The notes under the pieces are model-generated. The model worked only from the letters and a program-made list of their open reading frames with translations. It had not been told where the DNA came from and ran no database searches. Of a stretch of DNA of 20,926 bases, positions 16,280 to 20,926 are shown one piece after another. The translations under genes were made by a program, and so were the position numbers. Each line of letters starts with the position of its first letter. The stretch's first letter is position 1. The DNA is taken from contig JBCCQY010000170.1 of NCBI GenBank assembly GCA_039208735.1, forward strand, positions 1 through 20,926, given 5' to 3'. This DNA comes from Myxococcota bacterium (GTDB lineage: Bacteria; Myxococcota_A; UBA796; GCA-2862545).

Positions 16280-18433
16280 TCACCAAGTTGCGCGAGCGCC
16301 AATGAGGGGCAGGAGTCCGGGGCCTACAACCCAACCCTGCTGCGAATAATCGAAGTTCCACACGGGATAGAGCTGATTCGAGGCTGGTGGCACGTACCAG
16401 ATTTCGGCGCTTGCATCGAGCGCCCAACCACGGAACGTCCACCGACGTGCAAACCGAAGGTCGACCTTGTGGTAGGTCGGCAGTCGATCGGCATTGGGGG
16501 CTCCCACCAAGGGCAACCACCGATCCGCAGACGCGTCGTAGATCGAGCCCGTGATCGGCGTAAACGGAAGCCCGGAGGCGACCTTATAGCGAGCCCCTAG
16601 CGTGTACCGTCCCCACTCCCCCGATGCGACCAGTCCGGCCGCTACGCGCTGATCGCTAACCGTTGGGCGACGCACCCCATCGTTGTCGACGACCGTGGAC
16701 TCCTGCAGGGCTACGAACCCGGAGAAGAAGAACCGCTCACGCAGCCGGTAGCGGGTGGTGAATTCGATCCCTCGAGCCCGTCCGGTCTCCAACACCTCGA
16801 GCGGCGCATCGAGCACGGCAAACGTGGGCTGTTCGATCCACTTCGCGTACGCTTCGAGACCGAGTTCCAAGCGACCTGCGATCGCCTGTTCAATGCCCAC
16901 CGTGGCCTGCCAGGCCTCGGTGACCGGGAGGTCGCCCTGGGCGATCAGATCCACGGTGCGCGGCCACTGCGCATACCGTCCTGTCGCCGCCTTGATCATC
17001 GTCGTGTCGGTCAGTTGGGCCCGGGCTGCAAGACGGGGCTGGGCTCGAACCGTCACCGTGGCCGAATCTCCTTCCACCCGGACCCCGGGCATCACCCGAA
17101 CGCGTGGGGACCCTACGAATGCCGTGGCGTAGGCCCCAACCTGGGCCCGGGTGAGACGGTCGTCGACCGCTCGTCCACGGGCCAAGATGGGAGCTTCCTC
17201 CGCCACTCGGATGCCCAGGTCGGTCTCGTCGACCTCGAGTTGGGACAGGCCCGCCCGAACTTCGGTGCCCACCTCGAACATCAGCGTTCCGCCGGGTCGC
17301 GGCGTAAGCCGTAGGTCGGTGCGATGCGCAATTTGGTCGGTTGCGAGTCGCTCATTACCGAAGTTGGCAACGGTCGCATCACGACGATGACGCACGTAGC
17401 CGGTAACGGAACGCAGCGCGGTCCGGGCCCGTTCCACCTGGCGACGCACACCAACGACGGTGAATCCTTCGTCGTATTCGAGGTCGGGTGTGGCCTCGAT
17501 TTCGAGAGGATCGAGGACGTCGAGTTCACCGATCGCCCGCGTGTAGCCGTCTCCCGCTGCGGCCACGAACAAACCAACCCCCCGGCGCTCCGTCCCCTGC
17601 TCGGCCCGGACCACCAGATCGTAGAAGGTGGGCCACGAGGAGAACTGGGTGGTCTGTTCCCCCGCGAGATCTTGGTAGGAGCGTCGCCCGGCCACGCTCA
17701 CCCACCATCGGTCGCCCAGCGGAGCCCGTAGGTCGCCACCCAGCGTCACGAAGTTCATCGAAGCAGACCCATGCACCCCTTCGGGACGTTCGAGCTTCGA
17801 TTGCGCCTCGACCACCGCGCCCACGGCATCACCATACCGGGCGGAAAACGTCGAAGAGAGCAGTTCGAGCTGGCCGATCTGCGAGGCGGGGAACACACTC
17901 GCGTACTGGTTAAAGTGGTAGAGGTAGGGAACCTCGATGCCATCGAGATAGTAGCGATTGTCGCCCGGTTGCGAACCCCGAACCGACAAGTCGCTCGAGG
18001 TGGGCGAATACTCGCGCTGCACCACGTTGCCGGGCAGGGATTGCACCAGCCGAAAGGCATCGTCGAGCGTACCTGGCGTTTCGCGGGCCTGTTCCCCGTC
18101 CACCACCTGACGTGACACATCGGCCGACCATTTGAGGCCTTCCACGACGATCTCGACCGGGCGATCGGCGGGGGGCAGCCAGATCTTCACCCGCTCAGGC
18201 AAGGGGGTGGCGACCTCATACAGCAGATCTTCACGGCCCTCCGAAGACACGCGAAGCACCCACGGTCCAGCTCCATCCAGGTCGATGAGGATTCGACCGC
18301 GGTCGTCGACAGCAACGGCGTCGCCTGTGCCCATCACTTCGATGGTCGCCTCAGTGGGATCTCCCGTGGCGTCCTCTCGCACGACGATCTCGACGGGGAC
18401 CGCCATGGCGGTGAGGCTCCACCACAGCATCAT
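16280..18433 (-). CDS. TonB-dependent outer-membrane receptor (717 aa)
   Basis: Signal MMLWWSLTAMA, N-terminal beta-sandwich extension, IVVEG TonB-box-like segment, plug PGTLDDAFRLVQSLPG / LSVRG / YYLDGIEVPYLYHF / FSARYG, barrel motifs QPRLAAR, GRARGIEF, SGLPFTP, RLPTYHKVDLR, C-terminal aromatic W. Confidence 0.92.
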   Translation of the reverse strand: MMLWWSLTAMAVPVEIVVREDATGDPTEATIEVMGTGDAVAVDDRGRILIDLDGAGPWVLRVSSEGREDLLYEVATPLPERVKIWLPPADRPVEIVVEGLKWSADVSRQVVDGEQARETPGTLDDAFRLVQSLPGNVVQREYSPTSSDLSVRGSQPGDNRYYLDGIEVPYLYHFNQYASVFPASQIGQLELLSSTFSARYGDAVGAVVEAQSKLERPEGVHGSASMNFVTLGGDLRAPLGDRWWVSVAGRRSYQDLAGEQTTQFSSWPTFYDLVVRAEQGTERRGVGLFVAAAGDGYTRAIGELDVLDPLEIEATPDLEYDEGFTVVGVRRQVERARTALRSVTGYVRHRRDATVANFGNERLATDQIAHRTDLRLTPRPGGTLMFEVGTEVRAGLSQLEVDETDLGIRVAEEAPILARGRAVDDRLTRAQVGAYATAFVGSPRVRVMPGVRVEGDSATVTVRAQPRLAARAQLTDTTMIKAATGRYAQWPRTVDLIAQGDLPVTEAWQATVGIEQAIAGRLELGLEAYAKWIEQPTFAVLDAPLEVLETGRARGIEFTTRYRLRERFFFSGFVALQESTVVDNDGVRRPTVSDQRVAAGLVASGEWGRYTLGARYKVASGLPFTPITGSIYDASADRWLPLVGAPNADRLPTYHKVDLRFARRWTFRGWALDASAEIWYVPPASNQLYPVWNFDYSQQGWVVGPGLLPLIGARATW

Positions 18434-19461
18434 GGGTCGACCTCAATTTCAGCGATTTGACCGTCAATATCCGCGACGGCACAGCGCTGTTCGAGCAGCC
18501 AGGTCGGATCGAAGGCACCATCGACCTCCGCCGCACAGGCCCAGGAGGCCGTCGAAAACGCTTCGGGAGGACCGTCAAGCGCCACCGCGTCGACCAAGCG
18601 CACCCCTGTGGGAGACGTCTCATCCGCTTCGAGGCGACCGCGGATCCAAGAGGCGGAAGGAGGTGACTCAGCCGGCACGAACCGACCTTTGGTGAATAGC
18701 CCTGGGGGCGGCTCGCCAATCCACAAGTCATCGGCCCGAAAAGCGGTACCGTCGTCTTCATCGGCTAGCCAGAGCGACACGATGGTGACCGGTCCCGCCG
18801 CTTCTGGGTCCCGACTGCCCTCGAGTTCATCGTCGTCGAGACGCAGATCTCCGGCGACCCAGTCGGTCGTGACCGGATCAAGTTCGAAGAACGATCCTCC
18901 AGTGCCCATCCAGCGGATCGTTCCAGGCCGCTCGGGCGGCGCCACGATGCTGAACCGAGCGAATCCTCCGGGCGCGATTCGCCGCCTCTCGTCGCCACCG
19001 GCCTGGTCCTTACGTGCGTTGAGCTGCAACGCGTCGGGCTCCACGCTGGCGATGCGGTAAGGCAGGCTTGCCATCGAAAGTCCGGACAGCTCGGTCGCAG
19101 GCACCGCAGCGGGAGGCACGCGAACCACGACCGCCTGGGTGGCTCCGTCCACCTCGGCCTGCAACGCCAACCACCCCGGGTGGTCCTTGTCGGGCCGAAC
19201 CAGCGATGTGGGGACGGGCCCTTCCGCCTCCGGCTCGATCAACGGCTCGGATGCTGCCTCTGGCTCCTCAACGAACCCCCACTGGGCGCGGATGGGCTCG
19301 GTGGACCAAGGCCGTCCCTCCACCACCGCGGCCAGCCGAACCTGCACGGGTTCGCCCGGACCGGCAGGCGCCACCGAGATCGCCGCAATGCGAAAGCCAC
19401 GCAGGTCATGGCGATCGGCATCGAACGGTTCCTGACACCCGATCAGCGACAACCACAGCAC
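18430..19461 (-). CDS. Putative lipoprotein, TonB-receptor-associated (~343 aa)
   Basis: GTG 19461 gives MLWLSLIG-C (lipobox LIGC) followed by QEPFDADRHDLRGFRIAAISVAP. Its stop overlaps the receptor ATG (ATGA). Alternative TTG start at 19509. Confidence 0.75.
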   Translation of the reverse strand: MLWLSLIGCQEPFDADRHDLRGFRIAAISVAPAGPGEPVQVRLAAVVEGRPWSTEPIRAQWGFVEEPEAASEPLIEPEAEGPVPTSLVRPDKDHPGWLALQAEVDGATQAVVVRVPPAAVPATELSGLSMASLPYRIASVEPDALQLNARKDQAGGDERRRIAPGGFARFSIVAPPERPGTIRWMGTGGSFFELDPVTTDWVAGDLRLDDDELEGSRDPEAAGPVTIVSLWLADEDDGTAFRADDLWIGEPPPGLFTKGRFVPAESPPSASWIRGRLEADETSPTGVRLVDAVALDGPPEAFSTASWACAAEVDGAFDPTWLLEQRCAVADIDGQIAEIEVDP

Positions 19462-19545
19462 GCCGCCTTGTAACGCCGGATGCGTCCTTCGCGCTTCAAT
19501 GCTCCCCAATGCGAGCCGAGAGGTCGAACACAGAGAGGGTGCGCA

Positions 19546-20496
19546 ATGCGAATGGTTGTTGCTTTGGCCACACTCGGGCTCGTGGCCTGTGAATCCCCAC
19601 CGCCCGTCTTTGGGGACGTCCTGCCCGACAGCCGTGTGGTCCTGCCCGAAGAGGATCTGCTCCCGCGGGGGATCAGCAAGGAACCATCCGAGTGGGCGAC
19701 GTGGCTCTTCGAACAGGCCAATGCGACCAACCAACGGCACGTCGAACTGCTCCTCCTGCTCGAAGCGATCAGCGCGCTTCCACCCAACTTTCGCGACGAC
19801 GGTGACGATCAAGCCGTGATGTGGGGCCCCTGGATCATCGATGGCATCGCGGACCAGCTTTGGGTCGAGCAGCAGGGCGATCGGTACGCGTGGGGCATCG
19901 AACGGCAGGAGGTCGACCCCGATCGGGTTCGTTTCGACGACGACGCCTGGACGACTGAGCTTTCGGGCATCATCGAGGTTGGTTCTGGTGATCAGCCGCT
20001 CGGCGGCGAACTCGTGTTCAATGCCGACGACGTTGGACTGGGTGCGGTCGACGCCGCGGTCGAGGCGTTTGGCATCGACCAAGAGACGCTGGATGCCCTG
20101 CCGATCCGCATTCAGACCGGTCCCTTGGGCCGGGTGGCCCTGACCTATGCCTTCCAGCCCGAAGGGGTCACGCTGACGACCTACGACAACGTCGCCAACG
20201 GAGCCGGTGTACCCCAGGAAGGCGGCTTGACTTTTGAGCCGACCGCAGCCGGTGGAATCGCGACGACCACCTTTCAAGAAGACCGCGATGAGGACGGGAG
20301 CCTCGAGACGTTCGACGTGGTGCTGCAATGGGACGCATCTGGCGGCGGTCGGGCCGATGTCACAACCACCAGCGCGGACGGCACTTCCATCGCGTTGGTG
20401 GAGTGCTGGGGAGCCGATCACGGACGACAATACGTGATGGCGCCCGCGGGGAGCCAGGGCAAGCCTACCGATTGCCTGTTCAGCGCCCCGGAGTGA
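19546..20496 (+). CDS. Lipoprotein of unknown function (316 aa), acidic and beta-rich
   Basis: SD GAGAGGG; MRMVVALATLGLVA-C (lipobox LVAC); motifs WGPW, QWDASGGGRAD, ECW and a C-terminal Cys. Confidence 0.82.
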   Translation: MRMVVALATLGLVACESPPPVFGDVLPDSRVVLPEEDLLPRGISKEPSEWATWLFEQANATNQRHVELLLLLEAISALPPNFRDDGDDQAVMWGPWIIDGIADQLWVEQQGDRYAWGIERQEVDPDRVRFDDDAWTTELSGIIEVGSGDQPLGGELVFNADDVGLGAVDAAVEAFGIDQETLDALPIRIQTGPLGRVALTYAFQPEGVTLTTYDNVANGAGVPQEGGLTFEPTAAGGIATTTFQEDRDEDGSLETFDVVLQWDASGGGRADVTTTSADGTSIALVECWGADHGRQYVMAPAGSQGKPTDCLFSAPE

Positions 20497-20601
20497 GCGG
20501 AGCGGGTTTCGCTTGAAGGTCCGACGTCGCTCCGGGCATCGTGTCACGGCTCGGCTGCACAAGATGGGATATGCGGCCGGCCGGACTCCAGGAGTGACGA
20601 C

Positions 20602-20926
20602 ATGAACAAGGCGTTCCAGCAGACGTGGACGGCGTGGGCCGTGGTGATCGGCCTCGCGACGCTCGGCTGCACTTCGGACTCCGGGACGAGCGACTCCGGC
20701 GTCGTGACGCCCGGCGTGGTCGAGACGGTGCCCGACCTCGAGATCGAAGAGGAATTTACCCAAACGGCGTACAACAGCGTCAACATCATTTGGGTGCTCG
20801 ATCCCGAGTGGGACGAAGCAATCGATCCTCACGTCGACGAACTGCAAACTGCATTCTACGAGCAGCTGCTCCTTCACGGCGTGCCCTGGCGAGTGGCGAT
20901 CATGTCGCCCCTCACGTCCCCTGCGA
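20602..20926 (+). CDS. Lipoprotein, N-terminal part, probable degenerate vWA-like domain; runs off the right edge
   Basis: SD AGGAG 20590-20594. Manual translation: MNKAFQQTWTAWAVVIGLATLG-CTSDSGTSDSG...EEEFTQTAYNSVNIIWVLDPEWDEAI...AFYEQLLLHGVPWRVAIMSP. Not in the ORF track. Confidence 0.8.
   Translation, partial: MNKAFQQTWTAWAVVIGLATLGCTSDSGTSDSGVVTPGVVETVPDLEIEEEFTQTAYNSVNIIWVLDPEWDEAIDPHVDELQTAFYEQLLLHGVPWRVAIMSPLTSPA

Noticed and set aside
16226..16282. TonB receptor TGA is in frame with the barrel gene (18 open codons) and followed by a hairpin, suggesting SECIS or readthrough fusion
   Set aside because: The receptor ends in a normal C-terminal aromatic residue, the barrel has its own signal peptide, and the hairpin loop is only 11 nt from UGA. 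In-frame spacing occurs one time in three by chance.
19462..20877. N-terminal 472 codons of the 815-aa ORF (18430..20877, -)
   Set aside because: Antisense to two + strand lipoprotein genes with good SD and lipobox; the real protein starts near the LIGC lipobox.
1..20926. CRISPR arrays, IS/transposases, integrases, rRNA/tRNA
   Set aside because: No regularly spaced repeats, recombinase motifs or RNA gene signatures seen; the window is almost fully occupied by protein-coding genes.

Overview
GC-rich bacterial chromosomal window with 17 supportable protein-coding genes, two cut by the window edges. The gene repertoire (Hanks kinases, kinase-STAND-TPR, WGR protein, lipoprotein + TonB receptor, vWA-like lipoprotein) suggests Myxococcota/deltaproteobacteria, by inference only. 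Left to right: partial TPR gene (-, not in the ORF track); bcp peroxiredoxin; two tandem Hsp20 genes; a 71-nt intergenic hairpin; an extended HExxH membrane zinc peptidase; carA-carB; a YigZ/IMPACT gene (-); a non-RD Ser/Thr kinase and a lone, divergent short flagellin (+), convergent on an ApaH/PrpE-like metallophosphoesterase that is translationally coupled to a pseudokinase/degenerate-STAND/TPR protein (-); a WGR-domain protein (+); a lipoprotein-TonB receptor-beta-barrel operon (-) with very short signal peptides; and two lipoproteins (+), the last partial and vWA-like. No tRNA, rRNA, CRISPR array or mobile element was seen. The most intriguing part is 8377-14683, a possible signalling or sensing module. 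Its functional linkage is a hypothesis from adjacency only.
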